This document shows, piece after piece, positions 9,241-16,938 of a stretch of 64,000 bases of DNA. The position numbers and the translations under genes are program-made. How positions within the stretch are numbered: the first letter of the stretch is position 1; the number at the start of each line of letters is the position of its first letter. The DNA comes from an uncultured delta proteobacterium (lineage in GTDB: Bacteria > Myxococcota_A > Polyangia > Polyangiales > Houyiibacteriaceae). Below the pieces are notes generated by a model. It did no database searches. It was not told the DNA's origin and saw nothing but the letters and a program-made list of their open reading frames with translations. The stretch lies in contig CAVOVB010000001.1 of assembly GCA_963699755.1 (NCBI GenBank), positions 1,216,001 to 1,280,000 on the forward strand, in the 5' to 3' direction.

Positions 9241-10881
9241 TTATCGAAGTGATTCCCGCAGGGCGCTCGCCCACTGAATCGGATTGCGAATTCCGGTGTA
9301 TACGGGGGTCACTTTCTTCTTGATATTCAGCAGCTCATAGACGCCGATCTGGGCCGATCGGGTGGAGTAGTCGACCAGGAAAACGCAGTCCTTGGGGATC
9401 TCGACGAACTGTCCCAGAAGCGCCAGGTTCGTCGATCCTTTGGGGACGACCTGGGGTCGATCAGAGATCTTCCTTGGACTGAAGTGGCTCGTGGCGTAGG
9501 GAAGCGTCGTGGGAATGCTCACCGTTGCTTCTTTAATCTCGTCCAAGTCTCTGATGAACCCCAGGTGGTAAACCAATTCGGTGAGCAACTCCTCTCCCGT
9601 CGATTCGGTCATCGTCTTCTTTATGTAATTGCCCTTCGTGTTTCCATAAAGTCCGTAGCCCAGCATGACGGTCGTGTCGGGAGACTGATTTCTGAAATGC
9701 GGTTGAAAAGGAACATGCAAACCGAGCCCCCAGTTTGAGTCGATACAGGACAGGATATGTTGCTCTCCCTGGACCTCGACCCTCGAGTACTTCCTGATCC
9801 TTTCTGCAAACGACGGGCCCTTCGTGGTGATGGTGAAAACAGCCCATTTGGTCCTGTCCACGTCACTGCTGAAAGCGTCAGGGTTGCCCATGTCGGGCAC
9901 TTTCTGGACCATCTTTTCCCACAGCGACCAGCCTCCGTCTCTCTTGTCCGTGACTAGGTCGGGAGCCTCGTTCATGCCGCCTGCACGTGAATCGGCCACT
10001 TTTGATCCGATCGTGATGAAAACACAATCGTGATCGTTGACGACTATTTCGTCCTCGTTGCCCTTTTTCACAAAATGGACCTTTTGAACCGATTTCTCGG
10101 TCCTGGAAGGTCGGAAGTCTACGTCGGTGACCTTGACACCGGTCTGGATGTCGACGCCCTGATTCAAAAGCCATCTCTCGATCGGCGTCACGATGGATTC
10201 GTAGTTGTTGTACGGCGTATTCCAACCTCGCTCGAGAGTAGTGATGTTCGGGGTTTCGTGGAAGAAGCGCTGCATGTAACGCTTGCACTCGATGAGGCTA
10301 TGCCAAGTTTCGAAACCGAACATGGAGGCAAAGAGATACCAGAAATTGGTTTTGAAAAAGGAAGAGCGAAAGTACTCATCCACCCGCCTGCCGTCGATAG
10401 CCTTTTCAGGAACTGCAATGAGAGCGATGAGGGCGATTCTGTCGAGATGGGTCAGACCGAGCTTCGTGTGATCGACTCTGGCTCCCTCTTTTCCTACGAG
10501 TCTGGTGACGGTGTTCAGCTTGTGGGTTCTGTTGAACTCGAATATCTCATCTTTGACGCTTCTCCTCGGGCGATGATTTTGGAGATTATCGATCTCGTCC
10601 TTCCTCTTCTCCATTGCTTCCTGCTCGGCAAGACAGGGGATCGCCGAAAGCATGTCGAAGTAACACTCGTAGGCCTTTTCGTTGATCAGCCTTGCGCCGC
10701 GCATGGAGTACCTCTCGTTGCCATCCCATCTGCCATCGAGCGCTCCACCCAGGACATTGAGCTCTTCAAAGATGTGAATGTTCTTGCCTGCTATTCCGCC
10801 GTCCCGGATGGCGAAGACTGCGGCGGACAAACCCGCAATCCCTCCGCCGATGATGTAGATTTGAGCTCGATCTCTTACCAC
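9241..10881 (-). CDS. Oleate hydratase / MCRA family FAD-dependent fatty acid hydratase
   Basis: GGGIAGLSAA, GGALDG, FFKTNFW, YNNYES, RPQVVPKGSTNLALLGQFVEIPKDCVF; visibly lower GC than flanks. Confidence 0.92.
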   Translation of the reverse strand: MVRDRAQIYIIGGGIAGLSAAVFAIRDGGIAGKNIHIFEELNVLGGALDGRWDGNERYSMRGARLINEKAYECYFDMLSAIPCLAEQEAMEKRKDEIDNLQNHRPRRSVKDEIFEFNRTHKLNTVTRLVGKEGARVDHTKLGLTHLDRIALIALIAVPEKAIDGRRVDEYFRSSFFKTNFWYLFASMFGFETWHSLIECKRYMQRFFHETPNITTLERGWNTPYNNYESIVTPIERWLLNQGVDIQTGVKVTDVDFRPSRTEKSVQKVHFVKKGNEDEIVVNDHDCVFITIGSKVADSRAGGMNEAPDLVTDKRDGGWSLWEKMVQKVPDMGNPDAFSSDVDRTKWAVFTITTKGPSFAERIRKYSRVEVQGEQHILSCIDSNWGLGLHVPFQPHFRNQSPDTTVMLGYGLYGNTKGNYIKKTMTESTGEELLTELVYHLGFIRDLDEIKEATVSIPTTLPYATSHFSPRKISDRPQVVPKGSTNLALLGQFVEIPKDCVFLVDYSTRSAQIGVYELLNIKKKVTPVYTGIRNPIQWASALRESLR

Positions 10882-11258
10882 GCGAGTGATCTCCGCTAGG
10901 GTCGAAGGATGAGAATCGAAAAACTCAACTCACCTCGACACTCAGCTTGGCGAAGTTAGCACTTCTCTTGAACAGCCGTAAGAACGCCTTTAGCGCATTT
11001 TCAAGGCCTTCCTGTGATGCCAATGAAAACGGGCCCGGGAAGCCGCTACGGAAGAATCCCGCCGACCGAAATGGCCGACGTCAACCCGCGCCGGTTCGAC
11101 GAAGACGACTGACCGAGCCCACGAAAAGCGGAACAAGAACACCGAGCAGCGACGAAAACCGGACCGTGGACGCCATCTGATATCGTTCATCTGCGAACCG
11201 CGCTGCGACAGATGGTGCAACGGTCTCGCTCCTGAGCATTGGCGGAACCACCGCTTCA

Positions 11259-12689
11259 TTACGAAAGAGAAGATCGACGCTTTTCAGTCGTGGAGCTATG
11301 GGCGGTGCGCGTCGCGGCGAGTCCTTTGTACTCTTTGAAGGCTGCCTCGAGGTCTTCGACGAACTCGTGCACGTGGGGGAAACTTTCCCAATCGGCGTTG
11401 AAGCCCCAGTAGAGCCCGCCATCGTAGCTGAACAGGGCGATGCCGAGGTTCTGAGTTGGCGGGATCGGCACCAATGGATACATGGCCTTCACTTGCGCGC
11501 CAAGCATGTAGAGCGCGAACGGCGGCCCCGGAATGTTGGTGACCACCACGTTGTAGGCGCGTCGCCGGATCGCCTCGCGGGAGAGGTCCAAGATGAGCCG
11601 TTTGCTCGTCAGCTCGGCCACGTCTTCCAGGAGCTCGGCACCGGCCGTTTGGTTGGATTCGTTCTTGAGTTCGGTCGTGATGATGATGACCTTGTTCAAT
11701 CGCTCGATGGGGTCAACCTCAGACACCGGCAGCTCTGCGAGAAGCATCGCGACCTGATTCCCAGGCGATGCGCCACCGCCCTTGCGCGTGCTGACGGGCA
11801 AGAATGCCCGGAATCCCACCATCGAGTCGACATCCATGTTGCGTGCTTCGAGGAAGCGCCGGACGGCACTCGTCGTCGTCGCGACCACGACATCATTGAT
11901 GGTGCCTCCGAGGGCGTTCTTGACGGCCTTCACCTCGTCGAGGTCGAACGAGGTCCAGTCGAAACGACGGTACGGGCTGACGTCGGGAGCGGTAAACGGG
12001 CTTTTCGGACCGGGGGTCATACCCGACCGCAAGACCTGCACTACCCCTCCCAAGTTCTGCTTGATACGGGGACCGAAGTGCGAGAGCTTGCGAAGCCCAT
12101 CGATGCGGTACTTGACCTCGGCTCCGAGAAGCTGTGCACCACTCGGAGCGGGCCGCGGTGCCCATGCGCTCGGCTCTTTCTCGGTTGCAGCCGGGGTCAT
12201 CTGAAGCAACGCCTCGATGAGTCCAACACCCGCCAGGCCATCGACCATGCAGTGGTGCGCCTTGGCAACCAAAGCAAACTGGTCGTTTTCGATCCCTTCG
12301 ACGATCCAGAACTCCCATAGCGGCCGGCTCCGATCGAGGGGCTGCGAGAACAGCCTGCCCACGAGGCGCTTGAGAGTTCGCTCGTCACCGGGAAGAGGGA
12401 GCCTCGTGTGGCGAAGATGGAAGTTGATGTTAAATCGATCATCGTCGATCCAAACCGGATGACCAAGCCCCGGCACCCACGCTAGACGCTGCCGATAGCG
12501 CGGCATCGTGTCTAGCGCAGCCAACGTATACCGGGTGATGCGCTCGATATCGAGACCGCCGTGGCCCAACGTCAGTGGCTTGGCATCGAAAAGAAGCGCC
12601 GCGCCAACGTGCATCGGCGCTGTCTCGTTCTCGAGATCGAGGAAGATCGCGTCGAGTGCGCTTAAACGTTCGTAGAACGTGTCCGCCAT
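11259..12689 (-). CDS. WS/DGAT acyltransferase (island copy)
   Basis: RLSALDAIFL, PMHVG, LDRSRPLWE, HHCMVDG, VTNIPGP. Confidence 0.93.
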   Translation of the reverse strand: MADTFYERLSALDAIFLDLENETAPMHVGAALLFDAKPLTLGHGGLDIERITRYTLAALDTMPRYRQRLAWVPGLGHPVWIDDDRFNINFHLRHTRLPLPGDERTLKRLVGRLFSQPLDRSRPLWEFWIVEGIENDQFALVAKAHHCMVDGLAGVGLIEALLQMTPAATEKEPSAWAPRPAPSGAQLLGAEVKYRIDGLRKLSHFGPRIKQNLGGVVQVLRSGMTPGPKSPFTAPDVSPYRRFDWTSFDLDEVKAVKNALGGTINDVVVATTTSAVRRFLEARNMDVDSMVGFRAFLPVSTRKGGGASPGNQVAMLLAELPVSEVDPIERLNKVIIITTELKNESNQTAGAELLEDVAELTSKRLILDLSREAIRRRAYNVVVTNIPGPPFALYMLGAQVKAMYPLVPIPPTQNLGIALFSYDGGLYWGFNADWESFPHVHEFVEDLEAAFKEYKGLAATRTAHSSTTEKRRSSLS

Positions 12690-13017
12690 TGTGGGCCCCA
12701 AAGAATACGCTCTCGCACGCAGAGAGACCAGCTCCAGCTCGTGATAGGCACTCTGAATCCGTGCCGCCGCCGACGGCTCCTCTGGGCCTGATTTCTGGTC
12801 GGTACACTGTCAGTCTTCCGTTTCTAGGGGCCTACCCAGCACTGGCAGATCCATGCGACCTATAAGCCGACCGTCGTGGTGGCAGATGTCGTTGCGGGTC
12901 GTCCTGACTTTCGAGACGCGGTGGAGCGTTTCTCGCCACCGGACTCTCCGATGCGAAACCTGTCGTTGCGGGCTGGCACATACTAGGACAACCGTCGGGT
13001 CGGGCTCTCGGCAGTCC

Positions 13018-13130
13018 GTCCGCGCGAATAAGCCGAAGGCGTTGAGCGCGCCCCTCACGGCCGAGCTCGGGACGAAGGCCCGAAGCCGGAGCCGTGCAGT
13101 TTTGTTGGCAGACAAAACTCCACCTTGCCC
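13018..13130 (+). other. oriT-like module B (conserved core + hairpins + nic-like CCACCTTG^CCC)
   Basis: Core 13018-13050, hairpin AGTTTTGT-N6-ACAAAACT at 13098-13119, then CCACCTTG and CCC. Confidence 0.6.
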
Positions 13131-13381
13131 GAACAAATCGGGACCTTTCTTGGCGCACGATGAACAACTCTGGAGCCTGCTGCGCGAATCTGAAGCGAAG
13201 TGACTCGTCTTGCCTCGTAGTGACGCAATTTGCGGCAGGATGAGTCAGACCTAGCTACCTTGGCGCAAAACGATGCGGTGTTATCCAGAAAAGAGCAGGA
13301 CGAGCCAGATCCGACCCAGGGTGGGCGTGAGACTGAAGCGGAGCCTGGACGGGTACGCACACTGGGCATAACCTAGCTTGA

Positions 13382-13618
13382 ATGAGAACCCGATCCGACA
13401 TCCATGCGTTCATCGATGCACTGGACGACGAGGAGCTCGACGCGGTGCGTGCGGTTCTGAACGCCGTTCGCACGAAAGATGGCTTTGATAGCCTAAGCGA
13501 AGATGACCTGGAGAGACTGCGGGCATCGGTGAGACGTGGGTTGGGAGACGAAGCGAGTCGCAGGGCAGCCAGAGAGCTCACGCGAATGGCCCAGGAAGAC
13601 GAGCTCGGATACGAGTAG
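13382..13618 (+). CDS. Small acidic helical protein, addiction-module antitoxin-like
   Basis: 78 aa, IHAFIDALDDEELDAV...LSEDDLERLRASVRRGL pattern; no adjacent RelE/ParE toxin seen. Confidence 0.5.
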   Translation: MRTRSDIHAFIDALDDEELDAVRAVLNAVRTKDGFDSLSEDDLERLRASVRRGLGDEASRRAARELTRMAQEDELGYE

Positions 13619-13664
13619 CTCGTGCCCCTGAACCGCTGGCCTACCGGGGAGAGCATAGGGTCAC

Positions 13665-13717
13665 CTAAGAAAGAATTCTTTACTTTGCGCTTGCGTTGGT
13701 AAAGAATACTTTCTTAG
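13665..13717. promoter_or_regulatory. 19-bp inverted repeat operator over the fic promoter
   Basis: CTAAGAAAGAATTCTTTAC-N15-GTAAAGAATACTTTCTTAG (18/19 match), ends 6 nt before ATG. Confidence 0.75.
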
Positions 13718-13723
13718 AGGCAG

Positions 13724-14896
13724 ATGGCAAGAGTTACCGGGAGATACGAGCGTACGGCGGTCGCCGGCGAGGAGGTCAGGGCCTTCGTGCCGCAGCCCCT
13801 GCCTCCGGCGGACCCGCCGCTGCGCCTCGACTCCGAGGTCCTCGCGCTTCTCGGTCGTGCCGAGCGGGAGCTCAGTCGCCTCGAGCTCGCCGGCGAGATG
13901 GTGCCCTCGGTCGACTGGTTCATCTACGGGTTCGTCCGGAAGGAAGCCGTGATCTCCTCTCAGATCGAGGGAACGCAAGCCACGTTGATCGACCTGCTGA
14001 CATTCGAGGCGCAGCGCGAAGACGATTCGCCGCCAGGACCGGACGTCCAGGAAGTGTGCAACTACGTCGACGCACTCGCGTACGCGAGAGAACAACTTCG
14101 CCGTCGAAAAGGGCTGCCACTCTCGATGCGACTGCTCAATGGAACGCACGCGCGTTTGATGAGAGGTGCGCGAGGTGCGGACAAACAGCCAGGGAAGGTC
14201 CGGCGCACCCAAAACTGGATCGGCGGCACGCGTCCGGGGAACGCCGTCTTCGTTCCACCGCCGCCAAACCTGCTCGACGGGCTCTTGAGCGATTTCGAGC
14301 GCTACATCCACGCGGACGATCGGCTGCCGCCCCTGGTTCGGGCAGGGCTCTTGCGCCTACAGTTTGAAACCATCCATCCCTATCTCGATGGGAATGGAAG
14401 GATCGGCCGTCTTCTCGTCACCTTGCTGCTCGAGGAGTGGAGCCTGCTCTCGAAGCCGCTGCTCTACTTGAGCCTCTTCTTCAAGCAGAACCGAGAGGAC
14501 TACTATCGCCTACTCAACGCCGTCCGCCTCGAGGGCGATTGGGAAGGCTGGATCCGCTTCTTTTTGGAGGGCGTCGCGTCGATCGCAAAGGAAGCGACCG
14601 ATACCGCGCGCGACCTTTTCGCTTTGGTAAGTGCGGATCGAGCGCGCGCGTTGGCGGCCCCGGCGAGCTCCGTCATGGCCGTTCGTCTTTTCGAGGCACT
14701 GGGACAGCACCCCATCGTCACGATCGCGCGCGTGACGGAGCTCCTCGAGATCACGAAGCCAACCGCGACCAAAGCGGTCAACACACTGGTGGACGCAGGC
14801 ATCTTGACGGAGACCAGTGGCCGGCGCCGGGATCGTATCTACAGCTATTCCGCCTACCTCGATCGTTTGAGGGTTGGCACCGAGCTCGAGGGTTGA
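13724..14896 (+). CDS. Fic family protein (class II, N-terminal autoinhibitory helix, C-terminal HTH)
   Basis: SSQIEGT inhibitory motif, HPYLDGNGRIGR Fic motif, ITKPTATKAVNTLVDAGIL HTH. Confidence 0.93.
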   Translation: MARVTGRYERTAVAGEEVRAFVPQPLPPADPPLRLDSEVLALLGRAERELSRLELAGEMVPSVDWFIYGFVRKEAVISSQIEGTQATLIDLLTFEAQREDDSPPGPDVQEVCNYVDALAYAREQLRRRKGLPLSMRLLNGTHARLMRGARGADKQPGKVRRTQNWIGGTRPGNAVFVPPPPNLLDGLLSDFERYIHADDRLPPLVRAGLLRLQFETIHPYLDGNGRIGRLLVTLLLEEWSLLSKPLLYLSLFFKQNREDYYRLLNAVRLEGDWEGWIRFFLEGVASIAKEATDTARDLFALVSADRARALAAPASSVMAVRLFEALGQHPIVTIARVTELLEITKPTATKAVNTLVDAGILTETSGRRRDRIYSYSAYLDRLRVGTELEG

Positions 14897-14990
14897 GACC
14901 CTCGAAGGGGACCGGTCACACGTCGTTGCTCGCTGGCGAGCAGGTGCCCACTCTGTCCGGCTGCAACCCTTCAAGAGTTGCAGGCAAAAG

Positions 14991-15060
14991 TTCCACGAAT
15001 CCTTCCACTTTCCAAGGGACACCTCGGGACATGTCGGGACGGCACGCAACGTCGTGGGAC
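14991..15060 (+). repeat. Right arm-type site plus phased GGGAC repeats
   Basis: TTCCAC-gaatcc-TTCCACTTT then GGGAC at 15016, 15026, 15036, 15056. Confidence 0.7.
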
Positions 15061-15114
15061 TCCATGTGGTTGATGTTGTCGAATTTCCCGAATGCGTTTG
15101 GGGCCCCCAAAGGG

Positions 15115-15224
15115 TTGCCAAGGTCGAAGTCGTGGGTGTACTCGGCTTCGCCTGCGTACTGCTCCCGTACTCGTGCAGCGCGCTGCACTCGTACACTCGC
15201 AAGCGAATCCCATTTCCCGCTCCA
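15115..15224 (+). repeat. attR-like tRNA-Gly 3' half interrupted in the T-loop by a 66-nt palindromic insert
   Basis: 15115-15137 matches tRNA 7182-7204 (22/23); 15204-15224 matches 7206-7226 but ends CCA. Confidence 0.88.
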
Positions 15225-15235
15225 CGTCACGATTG

Positions 15236-15261
15236 CGGCTCCGTCTTGCGGGGCCGTTCTT
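15236..15261 (+). terminator. Putative intrinsic terminator after tRNA fragment
   Basis: CGGCTCCG-tcttg-CGGGGCCG-TTCTT. Confidence 0.55.
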
Positions 15262-15408
15262 CGTCGGGGTCTCGGCCCCGAATCCATCGAGCTGAGGGGT
15301 CCTTTTGACTCGCTCCGCCAACGATCGCAGGTTAGCTTTGGAGCGTCGGGCGGAATCGGAGCCCCCTGAGCGCGCCAGACACTTCACCTCCGGTAAGGCC
15401 GAAGCGCC

Positions 15409-16761
15409 ATGAAGCAATTGCGTTTACGTTCTGTCCTTCGGTCGCCACGGGCGCTCCTCGCCCTGGCTGCCCTGGGCGCCGCGCTTTGGCTGGTCGTGGC
15501 GCCTGCCTCCGCTGAAAAGGGCGCGACCCAGATCGTCTTTGCCTCGGGGCCCGACGACACGGGGACCGTTCGGCGCATTGTCGACAGTTTCAACGCCGAG
15601 CACGCCGGCCGGGTCGAGGTGACGTGGCGGCAGATGGATCGAGACAACAACACCCATCGCCGGCAGCTAGTTGCCGACTTCACCGCGAAGGCGGAGGCGC
15701 CCCACGTCATCGCCAGCGACGTGGTTTGGACGGCGGAGTTCGCGAAGAACGGCTGGGTCGAGGACCTGACGAAGCGGTTCTACCGTACCTACAAACGCGC
15801 CGCGCTCCTCGGACCGGCGCTCGAGTCGGCGACTTACCGATTTCGGATCTGGGGGGTGCCCTGGTACTCCGACGCCAGCGTCCTCTTCTACCGCAAGGAC
15901 CGCCTCGCCGAGAGCGGGTTCGACGCTCCGCCGCGGACCTGGGACGAGCTCATGCAGATGGCGCGCCGGGTCATGAAGGACTCGGGGATGCGCCAAGGTT
16001 TCGTCTTCCAGGGCGCCGACTACGAGGGAGGCACCGCGAACGCCATGGAGTACATCTGGGGCGCCGGCGGCGAGGTGATGAGGGGAGAGCTGAGGGTCAC
16101 CAGCCCGGTGCGCGCCACCCTGGCCGAGACTGACGCGGTCACTATCAAGAGCAAAGACGCCGCCGCAGGGCTCGACGCAGCGCGGCGCCTGGTCGCCGAG
16201 GGCATCGCGCCTGCGGATGTCACGACGTACCGCGAGCAGGAGGCCCTCGACGCCTTCCTAGCGGGTGACGCCGTCTTCCTGCGGAGCTGGCCCTACGTCC
16301 AGGGCATCGTGCAGAAATCCGCTCTCTCGGGGACGCAGGTCGGGGTCAGCTGGCTGCCCTCCGTGTCGACCGAGCATGTGGGATACAGCTGCCTCGGGGG
16401 CTGGAACCTGATGGTGAGCGCGCGCGCCAGCAAAGAGGAGCGGGCCGCGGCGTGGGAGCTGATCCGCTACCTGACCTCGCCTGCGCAGCAGAAGCGACAG
16501 GCACTCGAAGCGGGTCTGCTGCCCGTCGTCCTATCGCTGTACGACGACCCGGAGGTCCTCGGCGGTGTGCCGGTCGCAGCGCTCGCCCAGGAGGCGATGT
16601 CTTCACGAATCCGCGTTCGTCCGATCTCCCCCTTCTACTCCGAGATGTCTTCGCGAATCGCGAAGGCTTTCCATCGTGTCCTGAAGGGCGAACTGACGGG
16701 AACCCAGGCGGTGGAGGCACTCGACAAGGATCTGCGCGTCATCGTCACGCGCAATCGTTGA
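15409..16761 (+). CDS. Carbohydrate ABC transporter substrate-binding protein (orphan)
   Basis: Signal peptide, DVVWTAEFAKNGW, GVPWYSDASVLFYRKD, LGGWNL, RPISPFY; no permease or ATPase nearby. Confidence 0.88.
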   Translation: MKQLRLRSVLRSPRALLALAALGAALWLVVAPASAEKGATQIVFASGPDDTGTVRRIVDSFNAEHAGRVEVTWRQMDRDNNTHRRQLVADFTAKAEAPHVIASDVVWTAEFAKNGWVEDLTKRFYRTYKRAALLGPALESATYRFRIWGVPWYSDASVLFYRKDRLAESGFDAPPRTWDELMQMARRVMKDSGMRQGFVFQGADYEGGTANAMEYIWGAGGEVMRGELRVTSPVRATLAETDAVTIKSKDAAAGLDAARRLVAEGIAPADVTTYREQEALDAFLAGDAVFLRSWPYVQGIVQKSALSGTQVGVSWLPSVSTEHVGYSCLGGWNLMVSARASKEERAAAWELIRYLTSPAQQKRQALEAGLLPVVLSLYDDPEVLGGVPVAALAQEAMSSRIRVRPISPFYSEMSSRIAKAFHRVLKGELTGTQAVEALDKDLRVIVTRNR

Positions 16762-16837
16762 CGCCAGCGACCGGCATTCGCGACCTAGGATTCGTCGACG
16801 GTTGCGGCTTGCCGCCGCGGCCGTAGGGGCTGTGCTC

Positions 16838-16881
16838 TGCCAAGGTTGAAGTCGTGAGCTCGAATCTCGTTTCCCGCTCCA
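16838..16881 (+). repeat. Second, diverged tRNA-Gly 3' half (outer att site)
   Basis: 39/44 identical to 7183-7226, ends CCA. Confidence 0.88.
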
Positions 16882-16883
16882 AG

Positions 16884-16914
16884 AGCCGGCCTCTCGAAGT
16901 CGGCTGTTCTCTTT
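16884..16914 (+). terminator. Putative intrinsic terminator after outer tRNA fragment
   Basis: AGCCGGC-N8-GTCGGCT followed by GTTCTCTTT. Confidence 0.5.
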
Positions 16915-16938
16915 GTTGGGGATCGTCAACGCGAGGTC

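Noticed and set aside
8970..13050. Inverted 27-33 bp repeats read as transposon terminal inverted repeats
   Set aside because: No transposase, no target-site duplication at the outer edges, and the shared architecture continues outward to hairpin + CTTGCCC, which fits oriT better
13382..13618. Small ORF as MobC or as a Fic antitoxin
   Set aside because: No ribbon-helix-helix beta-strand pattern or GxNxNQ motif, and no (S/T)xxxE(G/N) motif
15138..15203. Insert as a tRNA intron
   Set aside because: It lies in a 3'-half fragment with no 5' half and is far too short for a group I or II intron
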